Shown piece after piece: positions 11,385 through 21,500 of a stretch of DNA of 64,000 nt (its first letter is position 1; each line of letters begins with the position of its first letter). A model generated the notes under the pieces. The model saw only the letters and a list, made by a program, of their open reading frames with translations, did not search any database and was not told the origin of the DNA. The stretch lies in the NCBI GenBank assembly GCA_000004985.1, contig GG738846.1; one strand, given 5' to 3'. Made by a program: the position numbers and the translations under genes. Origin of the DNA: Naegleria gruberi. Taxonomy: Eukaryota.

Positions 11385-12533
11385 ATGTCTACTGATATTA
11401 ACTTGCACAGTTTCAACAAGGTATTTCCCAACGGCAGAATATTTCTGTGTACAATGGTTAATGGTTTTTTTACATTCGCAATAGCAATTGCTGCACTATG
11501 TTATTACTATTTATATTCTGGGGGGACAACAAAAGTCGAAATTGTTCGTCCAGTGCTCGATAGAATTTCAATGCTCAACTCTTCGTTCTACACTGGAAAG
11601 ATTCAAAATGAGGATTTTGTAATCAAAAACGAATTCTATGATATTTTCACAAACACTCTCATTCAAATGAAAAATTGTCAATTAAGGATGAGAGGATTTT
11701 ATGGAGAGAGTGGAATTGGAAAAACAACAATGCTAAAGGAAAGTTTAAAGACTCTCAAACCATATCCATACTTTCTAATAAGTCTAACTAAAACAACAAC
11801 CATTCAAGAATTAGCCGAACGTATGAACATTTTTGTTAAGGGTATTGCAAGGTGGTCCGATATTCAAATTACAATGAATCAGTATACAGGTTTACTGAAA
11901 CAAACAGAACAAATTTGCCCAATTATTGTTATAGATAACGCCAATAGAAATACAGAGATTACAGAAAACTTTGTGAATATGATACGAGAGTACACATCAA
12001 GAGAGGTTGGGTTGTTAATTGTGGCATCTGATGGCTATTTTGATGGATTGGATACAGCAGGAGGCAGACTTTGGACATCGGAATTCTCAGAGCCATCCAA
12101 TGACTTTGGTGTTAAATATTTAAACAAGTTAAATAATATTACTGATGAACAAATCATATCGCGGGTATTGGATATAACTGGGACAAAGCCAGTATATTTA
12201 GAATATGTTAGGCATTGTATTAATACAGGTTCAGATGTGAACTATAGATGTTTACAGAAGATCATCGATGGACTGGTGTTGCATGAAATTGAATTGTTGC
12301 CAGTAGAGATACAAATAGAGATTAGAAAATTGGCTTTTCAATTATTAAGAAAGCCTATTAGTACTAATATTTCTCTACCCTATTCAATGCCGGAAGAAAC
12401 TCAAAAAAAGATATACAGGTCAAATATTTTAAGAAAAGGAAGAGGTAATGATGATCTACCAATTGTTATATTTCAGAATAGGATAGTTAAGAGATATTTT
12501 GAAAACTTGGTTGCAAAATTAAATAAAGAATGA
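11385..12533 (+). CDS. P-loop NTPase with N-terminal transmembrane segment
   Basis: Start moved to ATG 11385 (the track's start is GTG). Walker A GESGIGKTT, hydrophobic Walker-B-like IIVIDNA, N-terminal TM helix IFLCTMVNGFFTFAIAIAALCYYYLY. Confidence 0.5.
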   Translation: MSTDINLHSFNKVFPNGRIFLCTMVNGFFTFAIAIAALCYYYLYSGGTTKVEIVRPVLDRISMLNSSFYTGKIQNEDFVIKNEFYDIFTNTLIQMKNCQLRMRGFYGESGIGKTTMLKESLKTLKPYPYFLISLTKTTTIQELAERMNIFVKGIARWSDIQITMNQYTGLLKQTEQICPIIVIDNANRNTEITENFVNMIREYTSREVGLLIVASDGYFDGLDTAGGRLWTSEFSEPSNDFGVKYLNKLNNITDEQIISRVLDITGTKPVYLEYVRHCINTGSDVNYRCLQKIIDGLVLHEIELLPVEIQIEIRKLAFQLLRKPISTNISLPYSMPEETQKKIYRSNILRKGRGNDDLPIVIFQNRIVKRYFENLVAKLNKE

Positions 12534-12940
12534 ATGAGATATAGAACATTATTATCCTTGTAAAATAAACGAAAAAGCATTTTAGTCAACCACCACCTTA
12601 ATGCTTCATCTGCATTATTGTGATGCTTTCAGAAGAATTGAAATTGTGAATTTCTATTATGAGTACAATTTACTGGTGACTTTTGTGTGAAGAAACTGTA
12701 TGGTTGACTTGTCGTTTATTGGGTGTTGCTTCCTGTGTTTGTTGTTCATAGAGAAACGGAAAGCTCAAAATTTTCTTTGCATCAATCTACAGAATGTTAA
12801 CTATGACAATGTTCAATTACCACAAAAGGAAACAATAGAGTCCGTTCGTTTTACAATTATTCAAGTGTTGCACGATAGAATTCATCTTCTTTCCAGTTCA
12901 CAACATTGCAACTTTCCGGTTTAGATATGAAACCCTTTAA

Positions 12941-13522
12941 ATGGCTGAAACTAACACAATTTCACACTCAACAAAAAAAACAAATTTAACAACAATCACC
13001 AAAATGCCACCTCCACCTCCACCAACTAACATTGTTCCAATCAAGAAGGAAAAGCCAGTCGAACAACCAAAGGTTGAAGAGCTACCTGAAATTAAAGGAA
13101 TTCCACTTGTTGGCAAGGTTACTGCCAAGAAACCAACCAAGGAATACATTTATGTAAGAGAAGCCATTGGTCAATTTGATGTTTATCAAGCTTTGAGACT
13201 TTCTACTTCAGTTTTCAAGGAATTATTCGGAGTTGACTATCCAAGTAGTCGTGATTACGTAGTAGGACAACAAATTTCTCAAGTTGTCTTTGAAGGTCAT
13301 GAGTTGAATTTGATTTGGGGTCAAGATTTGAGTCAAAGTTCTAATAGTTTTTCTGCCAACTTTGTAATGACTAATTCCACCTTTGCATTATGGGAATTGT
13401 TGTGCAATAATGGATTCGAATTGAAGGATTCTAGAAATTATAATACCTATAGATCTAAAGAAAGTAGATTTGATGGAAGAAAATTGTGTGAAAGAGTTTT
13501 TGAAAGAGATTTGAGCAAATAA
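12941..13522 (+). CDS. hypothetical protein with Pro-rich N-terminus (193 aa)
   Basis: Genuine ATG. PPPPPPP tract. No domain recognised. Confidence 0.45.
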   Translation: MAETNTISHSTKKTNLTTITKMPPPPPPTNIVPIKKEKPVEQPKVEELPEIKGIPLVGKVTAKKPTKEYIYVREAIGQFDVYQALRLSTSVFKELFGVDYPSSRDYVVGQQISQVVFEGHELNLIWGQDLSQSSNSFSANFVMTNSTFALWELLCNNGFELKDSRNYNTYRSKESRFDGRKLCERVFERDLSK

Positions 13523-13590
13523 AGCCCAACAATTGTTTCATTCTTTTTGAAATTCTTAATTAAGATCAGCAATTTTTCATCAAGATAAAA

Positions 13591-13709
13591 AGACTACAGC
13601 ACCACAGGTTCCCAAGTTGTCTCCAACCTCAGTACTGATGTGGCTCGACGATGCTTAACTTCTCAAATCGGACGGGATGAGGTGCATTCATCGTGATATG
13701 GCCGTAGCC
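13591..13709 (-). rRNA. 5S ribosomal RNA gene (copy 1)
   Basis: Reverse complement reads GGCTACGGCCATATCACGATGAATGCACCTCATCCCGTCCGATTTGAGAAGTTAAGCATCGTCGAGCCACATCAGTACTGAGGTTGGAGACAACTTGGGAACCTGTGGTGCTGTAGTC followed by TTTTT. Universal 5S blocks are present (GGCCATA-C-AC, CCCGT-CGAT-T, AAG-TAAGC, GTACT, GGGAA, GTGCTGTAG). Helix I pairs GGCTACGGC with GCTGTAGTC. Pol III T5 terminator. Confidence 0.85.
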
Positions 13710-13927
13710 ATTCATTACCTTAATTTCCGGACAATAACTTTTAAAACCCTAGACGTTCCTTCACGAAAATGAAAAAGAATTCAACCCAACCACACGAATT
13801 ATTCTATAACGTTATTGTTAATTTGAATGATACATTGAGTAGCCAGAGTTTCAACATTGGAATGAAATTAATAAGTTCAATCGAGCAACAATGCAGGCAA
13901 AAATTTAATAGTTCATTTGGAATTTCC

Positions 13928-14239
13928 CTATTTACATCCAAATCTTATTCTTAAATCCTTCAAAAAGCAACCCCAAATAATGTAACACATAATTATTGGA
14001 TTAATTAAGGCCAACCAACTCGCCATCCAATAACTCATCACCACCAATGCTATTAAAACTCCCAAAATTCCATTAATTATTGGATAGGTAAAATCCACTC
14101 CTCTGTCCACATATCTAGGCAAACACAATGCATTCCACAAGGCATTCAGTAAAAAGATGATCACTCCCACCAAGAGAGACACAAAAATCGGAATGATGAA
14201 TGAATTTACGTAAAGTGGATATGTAAGATCTTGTTCCAT
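13928..14239 (-). CDS. hypothetical small multi-pass membrane protein (103 aa)
   Basis: Genuine ATG after T-run. Three hydrophobic helices. No homology recognised. Confidence 0.4.
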   Translation of the reverse strand: MEQDLTYPLYVNSFIIPIFVSLLVGVIIFLLNALWNALCLPRYVDRGVDFTYPIINGILGVLIALVVMSYWMASWLALINPIIMCYIIWGCFLKDLRIRFGCK

Positions 14240-14577
14240 TTTTTTTTAATGTTGAAAAAAGTTCACAAGATTATTGTGAAGCTTTTAAGGATTTAATCTC
14301 TCTGGATTCGAATGTTTGTGAGTGTGTTGACCTTAATTTTAATATGAAACAAGTTGAACCCCAGAAGTGGAACTCCTCCTGTGAAAAGTACTATTCTTCA
14401 GTGATTGAAGTTTTTGTGTAACACCAATTGTTTATGTTTTCCATATAATTTTCCACAAGATTACAATACTCGGAAATGAGGAAGTCTGTTTCCTTGAGAT
14501 TCACACTTTGATGAACTTCAAGTTTTCGGAAATGATAAATTCGGCTAGGTGAAACTTTAAACTATTCCCAAAAAAAA

Positions 14578-16101
14578 ATGCCTCAACATATTCCAAGCAA
14601 GTACAATAAATTCAACTCTCATCTCTCAGCCATTGATGATCTGGATGAATTTTATACGAGGAATCCATACGATATTTTTGATCGTTATTGTGAAGAGGAC
14701 AGCTTTATGGTTTTTAATAGAATAATTCCTTTCGCATTGATTCTCTATTCAGAAACTGAAAAGAAATTTATTTTCCAGAATAGTTTGATAGATGTGTGCC
14801 CTATGAATACATCTCCAAAGTATATACTTGCTCAATTTATGGAAAAATCTCGTTATAACAGATTTGGATTAATTAGGTTAGGTCAATTAGGGTTTAAGAT
14901 TGGGTATTCTTTCTTGAATCTTGTTTCTGAAAGAAAGGAAATATGTGATAGTTTATATTTGTACCACTCAACTGTTTTATCTATTCAGAAATACTCAAAA
15001 TCTAGTATTGAATTTTATGTTTCAGACAATAATAACTTTACAAATTTGAAAATTGCATTGTGTCAAGAAAATATTCTGAAAACAGAGATCATATACAAGA
15101 CGATAAAATTCTCCTCGATCCCTACTCGGTTATGGTCTAGTCAATCTTCGCAGGAATCAATAGCAGTTTCTCCTCAAATTATTAGAAATGGTCACAAAGA
15201 GAACATTTATTTAGACAACTCAATCTCTCTATTTCATTACAAAAATGATACCCAAAATATTGAATCTATTTGTTCACATGAATTTGAGCATCGTTATATT
15301 TTATTAGTCAATCAGAATAACAATGAAATTTTTATAATGAGCTTCCTTGACACTCTTGAATTTTACAAAATGGAACCATCACCATGTTATAACACATATG
15401 AAATGAAACCAGTTCATTTTGAAAACGTTGAGGAAATTAACGTAACAAACAAGGGTGTAACCTCATGTCCTTTAACAGGTAGCAAATATCTGGTATTTTT
15501 CTATAGGTACGATGATGATGATGAATCTAACATGAAAAATGTAACATATCAGGAGTTGTTTACTACTGATAAGGGGATGTGGATGCTCGTAGATTTAAAC
15601 TCAAACAGTGTCGAGAGGGTTTATCCAATTATTTATGATTTAGAGAAGGAAAAGCTACCTATAGTTTCATCTGATGGTTTCCAAACAGTTACAAAAAGAT
15701 TAACAAGAAGATGGATCCATATGCAAGATGGTGATTTGAATGGTGGGTGTACTGATTCTTTTTTAATCGATGGCACCAAACATTCTAATGGCCCCTTTAT
15801 CAACCATGACCCTATTTCTCCAATCCGATTCTCTGATGGATTTCTACCAGAATATTCATCCCTATTTGCATTTAGACCATTTCCATATAATTCTGAACTA
15901 TTTCAAGTCCATTTATCATTTCCTTTCTGTAAAGATTATTCAGACTATAAGTACACAAAGAAGGATTTAGACAAGTATGGATTTTCCTTTAGATTTTATT
16001 TCAAGTTTTATGAGGAAGCAACTTTTACTTTATTTGAAAGATTATTGGAATTTGAAAGAGAAGGTCAATTTTCAGATATCTCAATTTCAAGTGATAAATG
16101 A
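14578..16101 (+). CDS. hypothetical protein (507 aa)
   Basis: A9 run then ATG. Long uninterrupted ORF with non-repetitive composition. No domain recognised. Confidence 0.5.
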   Translation: MPQHIPSKYNKFNSHLSAIDDLDEFYTRNPYDIFDRYCEEDSFMVFNRIIPFALILYSETEKKFIFQNSLIDVCPMNTSPKYILAQFMEKSRYNRFGLIRLGQLGFKIGYSFLNLVSERKEICDSLYLYHSTVLSIQKYSKSSIEFYVSDNNNFTNLKIALCQENILKTEIIYKTIKFSSIPTRLWSSQSSQESIAVSPQIIRNGHKENIYLDNSISLFHYKNDTQNIESICSHEFEHRYILLVNQNNNEIFIMSFLDTLEFYKMEPSPCYNTYEMKPVHFENVEEINVTNKGVTSCPLTGSKYLVFFYRYDDDDESNMKNVTYQELFTTDKGMWMLVDLNSNSVERVYPIIYDLEKEKLPIVSSDGFQTVTKRLTRRWIHMQDGDLNGGCTDSFLIDGTKHSNGPFINHDPISPIRFSDGFLPEYSSLFAFRPFPYNSELFQVHLSFPFCKDYSDYKYTKKDLDKYGFSFRFYFKFYEEATFTLFERLLEFEREGQFSDISISSDK

Positions 16102-16451
16102 GACATGGTCTAGTGAAGGAATTAAAATTTGGTTTGGCTACTATTCAATATAGTGATTTGATTTATAGGTTTTTTGGAGATTTAATGGTCAGGGGAAGAA
16201 CATTTGGAAGGCTATTTGACAATTCAGAGAATTTACAATCACAATTCCAAGCAGTAACAAAAAATTTTGTTAAAAAAAAATAAATAAACAATTTAATCTC
16301 GGAAATTCCGAATTCCGAAAAAATTCCGTTTTATTAATAAGTGACACCCATAATAATCATAATCAAAGGTAGGATCGAAATATAAAATTTAAACTGTCAA
16401 AAATCTGACCGATTTCACTTCATACCATACAAATAACCAATACTTCTTAAA

Positions 16452-17225
16452 ATGCTACAACAATCAAACTTTAAAAGATTGAGAAGAAATAGTGATAACT
16501 TTGAAACAACCAAGAAGAGGAAGGTATTCAATGAAAGTTCTCAAGAAGAAGATTTCATAGATGATTCTGAGCAAGTAGTGTTTTCTCAATATTCACAACA
16601 ATCAGATGATGAGGAAGATCAAGAAGTAGCCAGTTCAGATGATGAATATGACATCCAAGAAGGAGAAGAGGAAGAAGAAGAACAAATTGAGGAAGCTGAA
16701 ATACCAAACAGAATAATCAATGTGAATGCAGAGGAGGATGAGTATCACTTTTCACAAGAAAGTGAAACTCCACCCACTGAAACAGCTCAACGAGTTAGAG
16801 CTTCAGGCTCCAGTGGAGAAGGTACATTGGATGTAAATTTGCAAAAGGGATCATGTGAAAGATATGTGCGAGCAATTTTGGGCAACTTTGTGGCACAATG
16901 TTGTGATCAAGAATTAGAGGAGAAAATTAATCGGGAAATAGATGACCAGCAATATCCCATTCAATATTTTATCAACACATTCAAGAATCATTTCTGGATT
17001 GAAGATGATTTTGAAAAGAGTGAGAATGCAATTAATTGTCAATGTTGTAATCATTCCCCTGTTCGTAATTTATTTATTGTAAAGAGTAAGGGTGATTATA
17101 CAGATCCAATCTATGTTGGCTGTAAATGCGCACTGCTTTTTTATCTAGATGGAAGTGATAATAGACAAGAAACTAAACGAATGGTAGAGGAGAAACTGTA
17201 TAACGTAAACAGATTTTTTCAATAA
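16452..17225 (+). CDS. hypothetical acidic protein with C-terminal Cys-rich module (257 aa)
   Basis: Genuine ATG. Asp/Glu-rich N-half. C-half contains CCDQ...CQCCNH...CKC cysteine cluster, possibly a Zn-binding module. Confidence 0.45.
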   Translation: MLQQSNFKRLRRNSDNFETTKKRKVFNESSQEEDFIDDSEQVVFSQYSQQSDDEEDQEVASSDDEYDIQEGEEEEEEQIEEAEIPNRIINVNAEEDEYHFSQESETPPTETAQRVRASGSSGEGTLDVNLQKGSCERYVRAILGNFVAQCCDQELEEKINREIDDQQYPIQYFINTFKNHFWIEDDFEKSENAINCQCCNHSPVRNLFIVKSKGDYTDPIYVGCKCALLFYLDGSDNRQETKRMVEEKLYNVNRFFQ

Positions 17226-17970
17226 TATGACAATAAATCGTTTCTAAATTCATAAATATAGTTCTTGTTTCTCAGATTTGCAAGTTTTTCCTTCTTTCTA
17301 ACCACCATATAATTTACATAAATTTCAAACATGCTGTCCATATTGGTGACAGGAGTGAAATGGCAACTTGACACCCCCAACACTGTATTCAATTAAATGA
17401 ATAAACTTCCTGAAAAGATGTATCACTGTTATCCATTTAACATTGTAATAAAACCAAAATGTAAATATTCAATAATGCACAGTTGATTATTTTTCTTTAT
17501 TATCTATTAAACTTCAAGTTCAATTCCACATCCTACATAAATTTCAATGTCAATAATGTCAATTCTGCTGTTTACTTCATGTTAAACTATATCAAAGAAG
17601 TCATATCTTAAAACAACAAACAACGACCATAATTCAGTTTTCAAAAACCATTCACCCAAAAAGGTGTTTAAGATGTGTTCGTATGCCAGAATTTGGTCAA
17701 TAATCAAAGTGGTTGTTGCCCTCCTTCTCAATTTTTTCCTGTGAGGATACATCTGGTATGATTTCTCGCTCTGTTTGTTTAAAAGAATTTCACAACCTCT
17801 TAACAAAATTTACATAAGAATTGGTTGAAACAAACTTCAAAATCTTCGAATTGACCAACACTCTATCACATTTCCTCTCCATTCAAGAAGGCAGTTCGTG
17901 AAATGAATCTTCTGATTTACTTGGATATACTATATAATACTAAACAGTAGTATTTATTTTGTTTCAAAAA

Positions 17971-18876
17971 TTAAATTTCAAATATTAAATCTTGTCTAAA
18001 ATTATTTCCCTCAATTTGTGGATGTTTAGAAGAAAGGTATCCTAATTGATTTCCTGCCACAATAATTCCATTTTCAGTTTGTTTCACAATCGAATAGTGA
18101 GTATGTCCATAAATCCACATGATAATTGGTGATTTGATTAAAGAACTCAAATCACTTGCAAATGCATGATTGTAATGTTGAACTTTCAAATCTTTCGTGT
18201 GCTCATATTGAGGAGCTCCAACTCCACTCATCATTGGTGCATGATGGGTACAGACAATCACTTTCTTGTTTTTGTGTTTTTCCAATTCATTACTCAACCA
18301 TTTCACATCCTCTTGGAAAAATCTGACAGTGTCAGTGACATGTAAAGTTCTGGATTTTCCATTTTCCATAATTGAAATTAATCTATAGTCATTCAACGAC
18401 TTGAATATATTTGAGAAGGATGTTGTGAAATTGTGAAATTTTGAAATTTTGACACCTACATTCTGTACCACCTGAAGTGCTTGATCTGGAACATGACTCC
18501 ACAGAGTACATCCCAGGAACACAACTTGCTCTCCATCACCATTAATTTCTACAGAATTTTGATAGAGAAAATGAACATTTGCGAATAAATTGGCCAACTT
18601 TTTCATTCGATCCACAGATGACCAATAATCATTTCCATAGAATTCATGATTGCCGGCCACAATAATCACATCCCGATACTTTGCAGAGCAGTACTGCAAA
18701 AAATCCGAATAGCAATCGAGAAATGGATTTGCAATATCACCAGCAAGAATCAGCACGTGACCAATTTCCTTTCCACTCAATATAAAATTACCAAACTTTT
18801 CCTTGAATTTCAAATTGAAATCATCAAAGGAAGGAAAATGTTCAATGTGCAGATCGCTCATAAATTGAATTTTCAT
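17971..18876 (-). CDS. calcineurin-like metallophosphoesterase
   Basis: MPP motifs in order: DLH, GDIANPF (GDxxD/N), GNHE, HHAP, GHTH. Confidence 0.8.
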   Translation of the reverse strand: MKIQFMSDLHIEHFPSFDDFNLKFKEKFGNFILSGKEIGHVLILAGDIANPFLDCYSDFLQYCSAKYRDVIIVAGNHEFYGNDYWSSVDRMKKLANLFANVHFLYQNSVEINGDGEQVVFLGCTLWSHVPDQALQVVQNVGVKISKFHNFTTSFSNIFKSLNDYRLISIMENGKSRTLHVTDTVRFFQEDVKWLSNELEKHKNKKVIVCTHHAPMMSGVGAPQYEHTKDLKVQHYNHAFASDLSSLIKSPIIMWIYGHTHYSIVKQTENGIIVAGNQLGYLSSKHPQIEGNNFRQDLIFEI

Positions 18877-18984
18877 TTTTTTTAAGATAAGATTCGTTAT
18901 TATTGCAATAAAAGATTTTTTTTAAGATAATTCAATTTTACAAAAAATCAAATGGTTCAAATACCTTTCGAATAAGAAGGAAAA

Positions 18985-19103
18985 AGACTACAGCACCACA
19001 GGTTCCCAAGTTGTCTCCAACCTCAGTACTGATGTAGCTCGACGATGCTTAACTTCTCAAATCGGACGGGATGAGGTGCATTCATCGTGATATGGCCGTA
19101 GCC
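18985..19103 (-). rRNA. 5S ribosomal RNA gene (copy 2)
   Basis: 118/119 nt identical to copy 1 (single G/A difference at 19035). Same 19-nt 5' flank (GAAATTAAGGTAATGAATG) and T5 terminator. Confidence 0.85.
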
Positions 19104-19271
19104 ATTCATTACCTTAATTTCTGAAATATAAATCAATTCAACCTTCACCAATTCTCTCTATTTGCAAATCTCGAAACTATCACAAGTTGATTTCTTCAAA
19201 TTTTCTCTATTTACTTACTATTTAAAATAATAATAAATCAATTCTTCCTATATTATGAATTTTTTGAAAAA

Positions 19272-20213
19272 ATGTCATCAAGTGAAGAAGGCCTAAATCA
19301 TTGTTGGGCAATTAAATTCGGAGGAAGTTCAATCACTCACAAGGGAGAATTACATTCACTAAATCATGAAAATATTAATTGGTTGGTGGAACAAGTTCGG
19401 AATTTGTATCGAAAGAATTATAAATTTATCATCATTCATGGTAGGTAATTTTGATAAATTGGAATATATATATTGAGAGAGGCAACACGACAATTAGGAG
19501 CTGGATGTTTTGGACATTTTGAATGGAGCCAAGTCAAATCAATGAAACAAGATTTTGCCAATAATTTGGAAAATATTAAAATTAAAGTTGTGGAAACGAG
19601 ATTCTATGTCAAGACATTGAATATGGAAATTGTAAAGAGATTGGTGGAGAATGGAGTGCCAGCTCTTACTGTTTCTCCGATGGAATTTGGAGATTTATAC
19701 TCGAGTGAATTTAAGGGGAAAATTCAAAAATTATTAAATGATGGATATATACCAGTAATGCATGGTGATTTAAATTTTAATGTGAAAGAAGAATTCCCAT
19801 TCTCAATAACCTCAGGAGATACTATATTGGACGTTTTATCAGAGCAATCCATATCTCATTCTAGTATTTTCATTTCAGATGTTTTTGGAGCTTTTCTTAA
19901 TTGCCCAAATGATGAATCAAAGAATTGTGAGTCTGTTGCTATGAAAAATGGACTCATTAAAGCAATACAGATACAAGAGAATGGAGAAAAAGTAATGGAA
20001 TTATATGAAAGTTCAGCAACAGAAAAGAATGGGGAAATTACAACTCAAGTTGTACATAGCCATGATGTTACAGGAGGATTTGAGAAGAAATTGACTTGTG
20101 CATTTGATATAGCCAAGAGAAGTCAAAATGTCTTCATCCTCAAAGCCAACACTCCAAACCTTTTCAATATTGTGGAAGGAAGAGAATTTGTTGGGACAAA
20201 AATATTCAAATAG
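19272..20213 (+). CDS. amino-acid-kinase-family protein (isopentenyl-phosphate-kinase/FomA-like), 2 exons
   Basis: Exon 1 MSSSEEGLNHCWAIKFGGSSITHK... (IKFGGS + IIIHG motifs) stops at 19446. A second ORF continues in the same frame from 19473 (..GAGCFGHFEW.., GD..LD). A very short in-frame intron is required: 33 nt (19445..19477) or 39 nt (19441..19479). Splice sites uncertain. Confidence 0.5.
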
Positions 20214-20477
20214 TTTTTGTTCGCAAGCAGTTCATTTAAATTTATTGAAAGCTGCGGACTAACAGCTAATCCTAGGTGATTAATAAATAGCTGGTTGAAT
20301 ATCACTCGCATAAGTGAAGATTCATTGGAAGCAAGCTCAAAGAAAGAAAAGAAAAGTCCTATTTACTTTTCAGTATTAACATTTCGTGTTAATACTTCCA
20401 AATAGATAGGACACTCTTTTTTTTTGTTTGAACTTAAAAAGAGTGTTTGGTTTAAGGATTGAGTGATTGCAATTTGT

Positions 20478-21500
20478 TTACACCAAATTAGTGAAGGAGA
20501 AATTATTTAACCAGGTGTTATCTTCACAGGTAGCAGTGTAAGAAATAGCAGGGGAAGTATTTTGAGGGGAGGATGGTTGTTTTCTTTGGAAGAAATGGAT
20601 ATTTGGAGTATGTTTTTCGAAAGGAGAGGTGGAAATTCTAGCGATTTGTTTTGGTGGAGATCTTTCAGGAGTCTTTGGAGCAATTGGTTGTTGGACTGGT
20701 TGTTGTCTAACTTGCTTGTTGGTCTTCTTGAATGTGTTTACCCATTGTTGAAGATCGGCAAGGAAAGGTTTAACAGGCCAAAAATTGCCTCTTGCTTGCT
20801 TCCTGATAATTTCACCAATATTAAACCAGGAAATTTGAGCAATTTCCTTTCTGGTTTGGGTGAGGAACTTGGTAGATGAAGGAATGTTTGGAGCAATAAA
20901 AAGTTTAACTAATTGTTCGTTGAATTGTCCTTCAAGGAATTGGTCTTTCAAAATATATTGAGAGCAATCAAAACCAACTTCTTCTCTACCTTCTCTGACA
21001 GCACAAGCGACTTCTTCTTCATTCTTGTTAATCTTACCTCTTGGGAAAGACCAAGACTTGGAGTTCCATCCCTTGACTAGGAGAATATTTTCCAAGGTTT
21101 CATCAATTAAAATAACACCGCATACAGGTACGCTAGTCTTGTAATTGATAAAGGATTGAATGTGTTCATCAACAGTTTTTTGGTATGGTTGGAGGAAAGG
21201 GCAGGCAAGGAAAACCTTATCGGCGAATTGGTGGAGGTTGAATTTAGGAAGGGAAGGATTTTGTTCTCTATAAAAATCCAAATAGAACCAAAAGGCTTCT
21301 TCAATTTGGAAGAAGAGACGGTCAAAGTTTTCGTGTTCTTCTTCAGGACAATTGAGAATAAATTTAACTACTAGTTCATCCATAATTTCATCGAGAGATT
21401 TGACTCTAGTAGGGGTTTCAACTTTTCTAGCATCTTCCTTCGAATTTCTTCTTGGGGATTTCTTAGAAGGGGACTTTCTAGCATTATTCATTCCTGACAT
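20478..21500 (-). CDS. DCP2: mRNA-decapping enzyme subunit 2 (Dcp2; Box A + Nudix hydrolase)
   Basis: N-terminal Dcp2 Box-A region (DEIMDELVVKFILNCPEEE...FWFYLDFY). Nudix box G-x5-E-x7-REUXEEXGU present as PRGKINKNEEEVACAVREGREEVGFD. Genuine ATG at 21498-21500. Confidence 0.85.
   Translation of the reverse strand: MSGMNNARKSPSKKSPRRNSKEDARKVETPTRVKSLDEIMDELVVKFILNCPEEEHENFDRLFFQIEEAFWFYLDFYREQNPSLPKFNLHQFADKVFLACPFLQPYQKTVDEHIQSFINYKTSVPVCGVILIDETLENILLVKGWNSKSWSFPRGKINKNEEEVACAVREGREEVGFDCSQYILKDQFLEGQFNEQLVKLFIAPNIPSSTKFLTQTRKEIAQISWFNIGEIIRKQARGNFWPVKPFLADLQQWVNTFKKTNKQVRQQPVQQPIAPKTPERSPPKQIARISTSPFEKHTPNIHFFQRKQPSSPQNTSPAISYTATCEDNTWLNNFSFTNLV

Noticed and set aside
13587-19133. ~150-bp dispersed repeat first read as a possible SINE/MITE or novel ncRNA family
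   Set aside because: Its reverse complement is a textbook 5S rRNA, with universal conserved blocks, helix I pairing and a T5 terminator. It is therefore annotated as two 5S genes, not a mobile element.
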